From Fimbriosthenelais zetlandica (lineage: Eukaryota), in contig OZ365112.1 of NCBI GenBank assembly GCA_977030845.1, positions 6,758,001 to 6,822,000 of the forward strand: a stretch of 64,000 nt of DNA, in the 5' to 3' direction. The notes beneath the pieces are model-generated. The model was not told where the DNA came from and did no database searches. It saw nothing but the letters and a program-made list of their open reading frames with translations. Of this stretch, positions 1 through 13,480 are shown piece after piece; within the stretch, counting starts at the first letter, position 1; each line of letters begins with the position of its first letter. The translations under genes were made by a program, and so were the position numbers.

Positions 1-3000
1 ATGCTTCAATAAAGGCTATGATGTATAACAATCGGTTGGCCAAAAGTATTTCATAATGACTATCACAGACATAAAATGCAATGCCAAAAACCCTGCAAGG
101 TACACACACCACATCATGCATCTTATCCGGCTATCTCTGGTGAAACGGAAACCAGGAAAAAGGTTTTCTGGTCGAGTGGGTTAATATTGGTTCCACCTGT
201 TGCTATGAAAACCTGTGAAGAGATCAAAGGTGACCACACGCGGTCAGTCACTTCCTCATTCCTCCCGCCTGCCACCTCGTGGTCACCCACACATGAAGTG
301 ACCAGTCACAAGGCCTACTCACTTCCCAAATATCCTCCAGTTTCCCGCTCTGGACATTCTGTTCCCAGGAGGACTGTAAATGCTTCCCTCCGAAACAGTT
401 AGGGCAGAAATGTGACTTCCGGGAGAAGGCATTAATGGCACAAACGAACGCCTTTTTAATTGATATTTGATGGTTTTAAAATCACCATAAAACTATTGTG
501 TAATAAAGAGTATGCGCCTATACGATCAATTCATATTTTATGAAATATTTAACGATTCATTTCTTATGTAATTTATCCTTTTCACGACTTCAAGGTATCT
601 CTAATGAATAATAATGTGATTATATAACAACGACCAATTTGGTTTTGGTAGGGGAGGGGAGGGGTTGCCGAGTGTACTGCCATAAAATGATCAAATGACA
701 GACTCTTCCCATTATGTTTTACCACAGGTTCGGTAACAATGCTTTACTAATGATTGAATCATCAATGGAGAATGTTCAAGAGGCCTCAGGTAATCAGTAA
801 TGACTTGTAGTTCAGTGTTCTATATCACACGTAGGGTGCAAATGGTGCAGTACTCTTACAAGTTGGTACTCATAAACGTAATGAATAGGAGGTACGTGGA
901 GACACGTAATTATTAGCACATAATAAATATATTAAAATTTACTGTAAAAGTTCCGTCCCATCTCCCCTTCCCTCTCTGTCTCTATTTTTTCTTTCTATCA
1001 TTTAACTATTTATTTATATAATTTTGAATTATCTTTACATTGAAGGTACAGTATCTGCCATATGCAGTAGAAGACTGCCTATGGAGTCTGAGACATCATT
1101 TATATTCGAGCCTCCGGTCCTTACCATTCCGTTAATGCCTGGGGTAGAGAGGGTTAGTCCACAGGTAGAATGAGACAGGGAATTTCTGCAGGTGAGGGTA
1201 GATAGGAGAGAGAAGGAAGGAGGGGGTGGGCATAATGTTCATGCTGGCCCAGTGACTGGTACTGATACGCTAGTCCTGCCTGCGAGCACCGCCCTTCGTC
1301 TTTGAAGTTGGCAACTACCTGGAGAGGAGGCCTATCTCCACCATATGGAGCAGCATGGTGTCTGTCTTCTATCTCGTGGGTGGAGGGGCAAGGATAGATT
1401 TGTTCAAGTCATGTCGGATGATAAATCCATTTTCAGGGTTTTAAAGGGTTTTTGTTCGGGCTTTAATTCAGAAAATTTAGGAGCACTCTGATTTTTGGGA
1501 ATATATCCAATCATCAAATCGTAATATTTGATAGGAAGTATGTTCTAAAGAAAGATTTGAATTATCATCGAGGTATATAATATAAGGTTATATCAGAGCC
1601 AGAGGACAATTGTAGAGCAGTCAGGGCCATTCCGTCCGCCCCGCAGACCCACCTCATTTATATTATTTGGCGCCCTTTCATCTCTTGCACGCGTCTTTGT
1701 TTTTCAAACTGATGTTGACAAAGTCGGAAGAATTGTCTTTTCAAGGATATTCAAAGTATGAATAAGAAAGGGGAATGATTTATTTTCAGAGTACTTTTTC
1801 CAAAGTTGGTCAGGAATTCCCATTAACTACGACATTCTTTATTACAAAATTCTAAGCTTCCCTTCTCTGTTAAACTTTAAAATGGATCTGAGTATGTGGT
1901 GAGAATATGCCATCCGTCTCTGATTTCAATCACAACAAATTATAATATTTTAAAAGTTTTTTTTTAAAGCTATAATTTCTTTTTGAAAACGGACTTTGAT
2001 AGATTACATGTTTGCCGCTTTCATTGCATGACAAATTTCGTGCCAAATAAACACCGATTCCTGCCGAAATCATGGGGAGGAAGAGGGGAAGGAGGAGGTT
2101 TTCCTCTTTGCTGACGCTTTCTGACCCCAATCTCTTGTCCAATGCCCTTTTCTAACAATGCCTTATAAAACCACTGGGACATACTCAGACGTAAACGGCC
2201 GTCATTACCTGCCAATGCTCTCAACTCTTGCACAATCATTGCAAAGGTGGAGAACGCCATTCTGGGAATCAGAGTGGCAAGGTCCTGGCCTTCTGTGGAT
2301 GGGGCCTCAGGTTGGGGCAAAGCCCTCACAGGTGGGGCGTGCCTACGGCTACCTCCCACTCCCCGCTGAGACACATGCAAACAGACAAGATAAGACAAGC
2401 GGGATTCCCTCTCACTGACCGCTTGACCAACGGGTGACCAGCCACTCTAGACCCACCTCATCCATTGTCCAGTGGTACTAATGACCGGTGGGGGCTTTAT
2501 GTTCCTTTTCACCCCTTTCCACTGACCGGGGAGGGAGGTGGGAAAGTCTGACATATAACCGATTTCATCGTTCAGTGATTGACTGAAGCGAGGGGCGTGG
2601 TGAGGTGGGCCCTGGGGGCTCGGGCTGAGTTAGCTTTTTCACACGCCATAGACCTTTGGAAAGGTGTGTTCTGGGGGGTGGAGGGGGAGGGGTGTGGGTG
2701 ACGGGGGTGGAATGGGTGGGTGGGTAAGTTTGTGGTCCATGTTAGGTCCCTCCCTGGTAATGATTACACACCAACTCTTTCAGGTGTGGCGGGGTGGAAG
2801 ATTTCTTACCCAGTCCAAAGATAGGAATGAATAAATCTTCATATCGGGGAAAGAAAAACTGGAATTGGATTTTTCTTTGTCTGTTTGATGATGCATATTA
2901 TATTCAACTTTGACCTGCATTCAATATTTGTCACGCTAGGTTTCCATGGACCAAACGTGCTGCATCATATTTATGTATGGACCGTGTATGTATGATTATG

Positions 3001-4805
3001 ACTGTTCAGGCAATATTCCCATAACGTCTATGCATAAGAAAATAGATCTAACCAGGACCTTAGTTTTACTCTAAGCCAGGACTGACCGAATTTCTCCATA
3101 AACTGATTCCAAAATATTCATAAAGTAATTCCCAAAGTAATGGGAGACAATTGTTCGAATATCATTTGCCATTATTAAGAAATCGTCAAAAAATTAGATC
3201 TATGTAATCAACTGAAAATATATATATACCCAATTACACATATTCAAGTCTCCTAACCCATAATTCGTACGAACTCTCCGCCTCTATTAGATTTCCCATC
3301 TCAAATGGAATAGAATCTAAACTAAAAGAAAAACGTTTTCGCCGATAAATACTTGTGGAAATAAGGATAAAACATTTTTTAAATGACAGAATTCGACCTT
3401 CATGTCTGAAACCAAAGCCCTTCCCTCCAGCAATCCTCCCAATCACACTCTTTAACGTGATCCAAGGGCTTCCAGACCGGTAAGCCCTGCAAGCCATTCA
3501 CTTGTTTGCAGTCCCACTTTCCAACAACAAAAGAAGTCAGGGACTCATGACGTAGCTATTGTACCATTATTTGTGCAAGGGTCCACTCTCATTGTGCCAC
3601 CTCAAACAATAGAAAGTGGTGAAGGGGAATGGATGGCCACCTCTGGCAGGGATATATATGTGCACTGCGGCTATCGAGAAGTGTAGACCACAGATGCCAC
3701 AGGTCTGTGTCAAGGGCATAAATTCTGATTAATCAAATCCTGCCCCCACCTCCAGTTTTCCCCCAGAGTATCATCTTATATAGATGTGCTTGGCGCCAGA
3801 GGAGTTGGGCAATGTTACCTGTCAAAGGGGACGATCTAATCCCTGAAGGTAAGATCCCCACTTTGATCCGTTACCTGAATCCTAGGGAAACACCAGCGTG
3901 GTTTAGGGGGCTGCTCCTAGAGGGCGAAAATACCCTGATACTTTACACCGTTGTTGCTTTTGGAAAGCAATTCAAATGTACTTATAGGTCCCCACGGATT
4001 GATATAACCTTACATGCATCCTCTGAGCAAAGATGCTGGGCAATGCAGGGTAGCTTGATAATGCATTTGAGAATCGAAAATAGATTTGTCACAATTTAAT
4101 GTGGTACAATGGCATAAATATGGCAGCAAAAGATAATACTCAGAAGACACTTCTCTGAGCAAAAAAAACATCGTTCATGATGTTGAGATTTTTCATGCGA
4201 TGCAAATACAGGGTCTACTTCCCTCTCATGGTGAAAAGGTCCCCCAAAAAACAAACATCCTCCCGACAGAACCATCATCTGAGGTAAAAAGAAAAACATG
4301 GCGGAGGGTCAACTCCTAAAGGAGTTTTATTGACGCAGTTTGCTGCTTTGTTTCTTGAGGAACAATACTCCTCATGAAGTGAAGAGCTCCCCTGCTCATG
4401 GCAATCTCCTCTTAATCTCGCGCTGCCGAGAGGGGCGAGATTTCGCGATCACATGACCTCAATCCGAGATTTGGGGCTTCTCGACACGCAGCGCAAATAT
4501 GAGAAGCAACGTGTCAACGATGTAACTGGAGATGAGGTTTTGGTCATGTCGCACTTCTTGTCTTGATTATATTAACGTCTTATATGGATGACTTACAAGA
4601 CCACCTCCCCCCTCCCCCCTACACCACACACCTCTTCCTTTTCCACTTTCTAAATCTCCTCGAAGTGAGGTCGAGAAGTGGACGATTTAAACTATAGAGC
4701 AATAGCACATGCCAGAGTCCCGAACGATCGGCTGTTCTGCAAACCTCTTTGTACAAAACTTCCACTTTACAGTATACAATCAGACAGGGGGTCAGATGTG
4801 ATGAA

Positions 4806-4970
4806 TCATGAGGTTATTAAATAGATCCACTAGGAATTAGGAGGTTTCAAAGGTTTCAAGGTAAGGGATCCACTATAGGAATTAGGAAGTTTCGAGATAA
4901 GGGATCCACTAAGAATCTTGAGGTCTAGGAATAAGGGATCTACTATATATCCGATCATGAGGTCTAGAGA
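4806..4970. repeat. Degenerate tandem repeat, about 4 copies of a 34-43 bp unit
   Basis: GATC(C/T)ACTA recurs at 4824, 4867, 4903 and 4937, with shared GGAATTAGGA / GAGGT(T/C)T / (G/A)TAAGG segments. Confidence 0.75.
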
Positions 4971-7900
4971 TAGTGAATTAATTATGAACCATCTTCGGAA
5001 TTAATATAGATTGTTTGCGGGACATTCTAAATAATCTGTATTCAAACGATAAGATACTGACGTAGTCCATCCAAATATCCGTCAGTTGTGAATGAAACAT
5101 AATTGATAGCATTACAATATTATCATAAATATTACCATTATCCCTGGGATTTTGCAACTTCCCTTCGATCGCTGTTCCCATGGAACAAGTGGAAATCTTG
5201 GCTTTCATGGGATCAACCTCTGAATACATCGACCAGACAAAGCTGTTACAGGAATATGAATTCGTACATGTACACAAATGGTACAATACATCTCCGCATT
5301 CCATCTTGGCAAAATAATAACAACTTGGATGTTGACAGAATGGAGGTTTATGTTTGTGTTGTTACAAAGGTACATGAACAGGGATGACTCTCGGCAATCT
5401 TGTCAGTCTCCCTCTAGTCCAGGCTTAACCTGCAGCTTTTGCTTCAAGCAGATACGTGTAAACTGACTTGTTCCTGTCACCCCTGATCTGTTTAGATGCC
5501 ACTGCACACTGGGTCCATCTCTCAGGTCAATATTTCACTTCTATAATTCCGTTCACGCATTCTCGCACATGTACTGGCGTTGAAACTCGAAGCCAGGGCT
5601 AGAATTCTTTGCTCTCCTTTCCCCTTCTGACTTCAACTATTCTACAAAAGGGCGGAGGCGAGACATGGAAGTGCAAAAGCTGATGTGATCCAACAAAAGG
5701 GTGGCACCAAAGGAGGGACATGTTTTTTTGGGTTTTTTAAAAATTTTTTTTGCTACAGTCACATCTTTCTCAATCAAAGCTGGCCGCAGCCATTGCGTAG
5801 TCACGTTAAAGATGGGTGTAGCTCTAACATTAATGTGCAGGAGATGCTCGTCTATATTTGTTCTGTAAGATTATTTGGATGTGTTATGACACTGCCTTCG
5901 CCCAAGGGAATTGAAAATGATGGATTGTATAAATGATATTATGAGATATTTCAAAGCTAGGAATCTTCTTAATGACCTGGGTAACATTTGCCTTGTCAAG
6001 TTGGATCAGTATGAGCGTTAAATATTGTTCTTTCATCGGAAAATACTTTAAACAAATGCCTCTGAATAGCTCATATATCTTCCATAGAACATTTAGTGCC
6101 AGATAAGTTTTGGGTTTTTTCATTGAGACTTCTGAACATTTCAAAGGTAATGATAAAAACTCTTGTTGACAAGTTTAGCAGACAAATCCTGGCATGTGAT
6201 TTTAAATTCGGGTGTGGCTATAAAGTTAAGGATATGTTCCTTTCTGTTATAGAAATGGCCCCAGTCGTGGAAAATGAATAGGGAACATTTCATCCTGGCA
6301 TCTTTCTTCTATGCTTAACCAAAGGAAAAAAGAAATGAAGGTCCTTCAAGGGACACCTCTATCTTCCCAAATACCGCCCAGATGTTGATAAAAGCGTTAC
6401 CCTCAGCCTCAGGGATCGCCAACATCTTGTGATTGGTATAACAGTTTGTTGGGAAAATGACTAAAAATCATCTTTATCTAATTCCGTGGGCTTAAGTGAA
6501 TCTCTTGTGGGATTGGGGAAGATTTGTCATTGTTTGTCTGGGGCAATTGTTGTAGGCGTTCTACAGTTCAAATCGCCTGTAGTAGGCGTCTAAACTATAT
6601 TGTTGTACATGTTTGGAGATAATCTTGTTTTTCTTCAGAAAATTTGCTAAGTAACACATTGGGATTTTATAGCCCTATTTGTTTATATTTTACCCATATC
6701 TAAAGCCCATTGAGATTATATAAAGGCAGATTCTTGTGCATAAATCGCATTATTATAAAGCATTGTATGTCCCACTCCCGCGTCTATTGACGGACATGTC
6801 TCTAGGTCTATGAGGGAGCATGCACAGAATTCACATTGAAAAAAGAAACTGTATCTGTAAAATTATCTCCTCTTATGCTCATTCACGAACTAGGTACAAT
6901 GTTCACAAGGTAGAGTATTCCTATAGCATCACAGTGGTCTATTATAATTCCTCCTTAATTTATCGATTCTGCTTACAAGTATATTATAATTTTTCAGTAT
7001 TTAACATTGATTTTTAAAGGAAGCTAGGAAAGCTTAATAATGAAAACTTGCTTGATGTTAAAAACAATGAAACTGTGAATGATTTTTAGTGATGGTCAAC
7101 ACCGTTCTATACTATTTCTCGTTACATTCTCCGAGTCAATTTATGTTTTTACGTAATAAAATAAATGCAGAACAGGTAAATTTAGGAGAGGTAGGCAGTG
7201 AATCACTGGGGAATCCAAACCACGAGGCAATGTATCACTGAACCCAGAGTAAAACCAATGTTTAGTCAGTGAGAGTACACACCGATGGTAACATGTTTAA
7301 TATATTTAAGCGAGCATCAGATTAAGGTCTTAAAGGAAAGTGATATTTATTATTCCTAGCATGCTTTCTATTGCATTTGCTGGCCTTCACTCGGCACGTT
7401 TCCATGGTATGAGTGTATCCCAAGTATCCCCTCAGCATCGCCCCAGATCAAGAAAAGGTGCTAATGTGTTTAGGCTAATGTCTTTAGTCCATCGAAAACC
7501 CAGCGGGGCTGAGGTAAACTTCATAACTTGTCCGCTAGGCTTCTAATGCACCCAATCATGCTGCAATTCTCAGCTACCCACTTTCGATCTTTTTGTATTT
7601 GTCCTGGGGCTAAAAATGAGTGGGGCCCCCTCCCGACGCCTTGCTAATCCCATTCTCTGGCCTTTTATATGTGCTGAGGCATTTGCCCGCCGCAAAAACA
7701 TCTCATTGTGTTTGTGTACCCTGTCCCAGCCCGATCCCTGAGGATTAAGGGGAGGATGTGCGGAAATCTGGCCCGAATTGTGTGCAAATCTATTGGATTC
7801 ATCTTTCGTGTCACAAACGGCCCGTCAGGCAGTCTGCTACTGTTGAGATAGGAGTATCTCCAAGCCATTAGCCTAAACGCCCCAGCTCCAGTGGTGGGCC

Positions 7901-10900
7901 AATTTATATATTGCGTTCTTCATTATATCCCATCAAGGCAAAGAGGGCTCTGTGAATGCAATCTTTTTTATGAAAAGGAAAAAAATTATGATCCAATGAA
8001 TGAGGGATGGGATTTATAGATTATTTATTATGTCTGTTGTTGCCTTAAGTATTGAATACTTGGTCTGAAAAGAAGACTCCCCAAGTCGTCCATTTTCCCA
8101 TGTTTGCAAGGTTCTATGCTTGCTAAAGCTTTTGCAAACAACAACTGCTAAAGGAGAAACCAATTTTGCAGGCACCATTTGCCAGTCTGCAAAATGAAGC
8201 AATCTCTATAGAACTTATTATTATCCATGCATCCCATGTTTCATTAAAATCATAGATCTCATTGGGAAAAAAGTCATTCCTCTCCCACTGAGAAATTACA
8301 TCCATAATAATATCTTGGCAGCCATTGTCAATAATTTTTAGGTTTGGAGGGTGAAAAAATACTTGGTTTGTGTCCGGACTACTTTTCATGTGTATTTCAA
8401 TTACCCATGAGGATGGGACCTGCTTGTACAAAGAACTCATCACAGGGGAATTAGGATGAATTAAGTTCTTTATGGATGCATAGAAGGCTCAATCTCATCC
8501 ACTTGAAGTATATGACACTAGTGTCGGTCTTCGACTAAAGGGGGCAGCAGTAGTCATTCTATGGTTGCCATGCCAATACTCTATGCTTGCTTTCACTCCT
8601 AAAAGCGTTTCTGCGTTACATCCCAAATATGTTTTTTCTGTTTGACATTGAGCTTTTTGTCATCAATTTATTTTCGAGCAGAAATAATATAATTAATTTG
8701 AAATCCAGAGATGTAATCAAAATGCGCTCAGCGACAAAGCAATAAGTTTTATTGAACTTATTCAATGTACTTTATAGTAGCCTGGACCTATTACATAAGG
8801 GTGTATATCGATGTTAATTTGAAGATACTGGTTTATAACCAGTTCAAAAGCCATCATCTATCCAATAGACCTACCTATAAAGGCAGGCCGCCTGTTTTCT
8901 CAAACAGTATCCAGACATTAACTGGAGAGATGTGAATGGGATTAGACTTATAGATGGTCTTACACTCTGATAGCACTTCCCTGCTCATAAAAAGTGAAAT
9001 ACAAGCTCGATGTGCCATACATGTGCTATACCTTCAAGCCAATATCAACATGTATCCACATGTGTGTGTGATATCTGGCAGTCAGTGTGACAGCTCATAT
9101 AGAGTGTACGGTGCTTCACTCCAAGCCTGCTAGACTCATCAACATACTGACTCCCTTTACAAATGATATACCCCAAACAGATACACCCAGGCGTGTGCAT
9201 TTAGGTCTCATTGTCTTTCCAATACCTTTGGTTGAATTAATATTAATACGATACCTCACAATCATATTATAATTTTCTAAGTAACCCAGGGGCGGGGCAC
9301 CCCAAAAATATTTTTGGAGCCACACAAAAATTATCCCTAAAGGTGGGGTCGCTTGATCCTCCCATCCCCCCCCCCGGATCCGCCTATGTAAAGTTAAATA
9401 TATTTATCTATTTCAGAAATTGGTTTGCCTCCAAAATGGACATGTATACGAATTGTTATTTTTCATATAGTTCATCCAGGTTTTCTTATGAGGAGTAAAT
9501 ATGAAATACAAGGACAGTCACGTTATACCATTACAAGACGCAAATAAGATATATTTATGATGGCATCATAATAGCTGCAGTCAGACAATTATATTTGGAG
9601 CAGCGATATGTACATATAAAGGCAAGGTAAAAAGGTGGAATGCTTTTGATTTATCACTTGGCGTGACGCCCTGCCTCGTGGTAGAAAGGTGTTATAATAG
9701 ATTGAGAAAATGTTCCACCTTTTCTAAAGCGGTTTATTGCATATGTGGATTTGGGGACAAATTGAGGCAGGGGGGAGACCCCACAGAGGGAGGAGGGGGG
9801 AGGATGGAGGAGGGGGAGTGAGACTTCATATGCTGAATAACAATAGAAGTGCGGGCTATTATCTGGTATTGTTAAATTACAGGGTATATTCCCCCGATGA
9901 CTGACATGTTATAAGTAGGTTACAACATCTGCTATTTACATTTATGCATTCTTCAGACGGGGACACGCAACAATGCTCTGGAGCATCACACGTCCAGACA
10001 AAAGGCATGGAATGGCAATGACATGTGCCTTGGGTTCATACACGTAACTTTGTATCTTTGAAAAATCAGATTAAAATCTGATTGACTTTAAATTGTCCTC
10101 TGTACAATGGCTGGATCTGCGATGTCATCTCTTGTTAAAAAGAGGAATATTCCTGCTGTGCTCTGAGTAAAGAGTCACAGAATTGTGACATTGATTTAAT
10201 AGAACATAGCTCACCCCTTTTTCTCATAAGAGACTTATCTGGACATTTTCCTCAAGCTCTCTTTTTCAACCCCTGAGGGCTTTCCAAGGGTGTAGGGCCG
10301 GCGGGGACAATGTGATGATAAGAATGCAAGTAAAATGCGTGTACGATAAGGCATAAGAGCCGGGGGCGGTGAATATAGACATATCAGGCGTATATATATT
10401 TAGGATCGTATTTTCCCAGGATTGCTATTGCTGGGGGAATGATGAGCCTAACTGTAGGGGTGTGGAGGGGTGAGGGAAGGTCGGCCCTTATCGCCCCCAC
10501 TGATTGGTGCTGAGACGAGATCTGAGCAGAGATAAGGGGACAGGTACGATAGGGCCTTGCACCTGGGGATGGGAAGTAGGCGTGTCCCAAAAAGCCCCGA
10601 GGATTGGGGAAGCTTGATGTTGTCATGGTAACCAATGAGACTCGACCTTGACCTTGACCTGTGTGTAGGTTTGATCACCTGGTGGCTATAATCAAGATGA
10701 CCAGTTCACCCTGATAACCACTACAGCTTCTTTACGACCCTGGGAAATTGGTACTCTACTTAATTGGTAATTAAAAGAAAAAAGAGGGAGGAATGATGGG
10801 GAATTACAAGGAAATAACAGTGGAAATAGCGGTAAAGGTATTGTAATGATATGGGATATGTAGGTATGGGGGAAAGATGCAATGAGGAGTAGCTTTCATG

Positions 10901-11780
10901 TTATTGATATCTTCCTTGATTTCAAACACGTAAATGATAGTGATGATTCAGAAGATAAAAAGTAATTTTACTTCAAATAAAACAACGATCTCATTAATAA
11001 ATTAATAATCAATTTCCCATCGAGGGGTCTGAAATCATCGTTTTTCCTCTTCCTGTTTATCAAGAGTTTGTTGATGCACATATCAAAAACACAATTTGTA
11101 GACAGGAATGGTAATAAATCTGCAGGTATTAGAGATAAAATAATAGTTTATGATCTAATTCTCGATGTTCCCTTTAGGTCTTTGGCCCATAGCTTCAGGG
11201 TCCAGTGTCCCTTCCCTGCAACCCACTCGGGTATCAATGTATGTAGTGTATCTCTATGACCAGGCATGATCTGACAATAAAGTGATTAATTTTGACATGA
11301 ATGTATGATGTTTACCGTGGCGAAACTAAAAGCCAAGACTAATTAAAGAAAATGAGCAGCAGAGACTTCTACACTTGATAAGTCACCTGCAAAATTAGCG
11401 AGGAAAAACTGAGAGAGAAATAGCGCGTGATGAAATGTATTGTTTTTTCTGCTTTTTGGCAAGGCATTGTCTGAGGTACTTTCTCTGAAACAGTTGATGG
11501 ATTGCCTTGGATATTCCTATGGCATTCCTATTGTAGTTTGCTTACCTGAGAAAGACTAATCCCGCTAATTGTTAGTAATTAGTATCAATGTCTACACCTG
11601 CATGTTGTTTTATATCTGGGGACTATATAGGATTCCGACCAATGACAATTCCTGAGAAAGGCTGCTGGGGGAAAAACAAATATTTATTTGACGCGATTCC
11701 CATCCGTGTGCTTTATGTGAGACTATGCATCTTTCAGCTTTAAAGAAAAAAAAGCTCACCCTTATATTTGAGTGCCTTAC

Positions 11781-11819
11781 TCCATCCATCCATCCATCCA
11801 TCCATTCACCCACCCATCC
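11781..11819. repeat. (TCCA)6 microsatellite with degenerate tail
   Basis: tccatccatccatccatccatcca followed by ttcacccacccatcc. Confidence 0.9.
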
Positions 11820-13074
11820 TCACGCCTACCCATTCAACCATTAAGCTTTCCACCTATAGTGTATATGTCCAATTATCAACGACCAAGGACATTCCATGAA
11901 CACTTAAAAATCTTATTTTTTGACAGTGACATTGACAAAAAATAACCGATATGTTCGTGCAGGCTGCCCGTATATTCATGCTGGGCATCTTATGGGAAAA
12001 TCTGACATGCCTCAATGAATCTCTTTTACATAATCACTCCAAGCTCGAGTGATCTCTGAACAGGCAAGATATATCACCCCTACTGATACAAATAGCGTGC
12101 TCAGCCAGTAGATTTAGCCACTATACCGTATTGTCAGCTTTAACCACAAGGGTATTTTGACATTGCTCAATCCCAGACTAAAGTTTGACAAATTTTGAAT
12201 TTTGTATACAAAAGATATTACAAATTACTGAAATGTAACATTATGTAATGCCATATAAGCCTGTGGGAGGAGACCAAGATTAGGGAGATAACCAAATGGG
12301 TGGACATTTTAAATGTATGCAGTTAACACTTGATAATATGGTAATGCCTTTATCTGGGTGCCCATACCGCTGTAGTATAGCTCCCACCACAATAGACTCA
12401 TCCGATTGTGCTTTTCAGTCACGTGCACCGTTCTTCCCATAGCCATAGTGACACGGTTGCTTGAAATGGTAAAGAAACTGGGGAGGGGAGGGAGGGCGGT
12501 GGCCGTAGCGGGGGGCGGGGGAGGTGGGTGCTGGCTGATTAAATACAGGGGAGGCATGGACAGAATAATGTGTGCATCTTAGCAGAAGCAAATCATGGTA
12601 AAAGTGAGAGACAGGGGAGGAGGGGAAAGTTAATAGAGATCTTGGGTGGATGAGAAGAAAAAGCGTGAGCCTTGGTTGGGTGGGTGTGAGATAGCTGAAT
12701 ATTGCTTAATCAATGATCTAATGAAAATTATTTAAATGATATTTTTCTCAATGGCGGATTGGGAGGGAACTATCCCACCATGGAGATGTTTGTAGGACAA
12801 TCTAAACAATTAATATAGTATAATGAAAACTGAGGAGTTTGAAATGGACTGGATGGTTTTTATGAATCCAACAGACACTCGCGGAGCATAAATTTACTGT
12901 GTGTCTATGGTGATGAGCCGCCCTTCAGTTAAGAAAACAGAGAGAGCCTGAGTTTGCACACAGGGGGAGAGGAGGTGGGGGATAGTTGAGGTTATGCGGA
13001 AATCCGTCAAGGAATTCTGCACGCATTGTCTTGGCTATGGCAAACAATGCAATATTGACTCCCTCGCTTCACCA

Positions 13075-13086
13075 CCGCTAGGTGGC
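13075..13086 (+). promoter_or_regulatory. CTCF consensus match (forward)
   Basis: CCGCTAGGTGGC fits CC[AG][GC][CT]AG[AG][GT]GGC exactly. Motif match only. Confidence 0.45.
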
Positions 13087-13444
13087 TACCACCGCAACGT
13101 CCAAGTCCCGTTCTGAATGGGAACGTCGGCGAGATTTGGGAGTCAGGTGCACCGCCGAGCACAGCAGTTGACAGAAGTCCCCCAACAAAAAATGATGTTT
13201 ACTCCAAGACTTTTAAAGTGGAACAGTCTATTTCATTAAATCTGCGAGAGGCTACTTTCCTTCCACATATATATTTTTGAAGGTTTTCTATTAAGTAAAG
13301 GTTAAGTAGATGCATTCTGCTGGTGAATTATCTTAAATGTTATGGGATGTAAGGCTTCCACAGTCAGTGTGAATATCACACTCCCCTTTAAATTCAATCC
13401 ATCTTAAAGTAACCTCTTAATCATTTCACTTTGAAGATTATATC

Positions 13445-13480
13445 AAATCTATTATAAAATCTATTATAAAATCTATTTTA
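13445..13480. repeat. 12-bp tandem repeat x3
   Basis: aaatctattata aaatctattata aaatctatttta. Confidence 0.85.

Noticed and set aside
4806-4970. Repeat-spacer-like periodicity considered as CRISPR
   Set aside because: Eukaryotic context, degenerate units with related intervening sequence, and no cas genes.
8123-8443. 106-aa - strand ORF with a protein-like look
   Set aside because: No usable flanking splice pair, no recognised motif, and length within chance.
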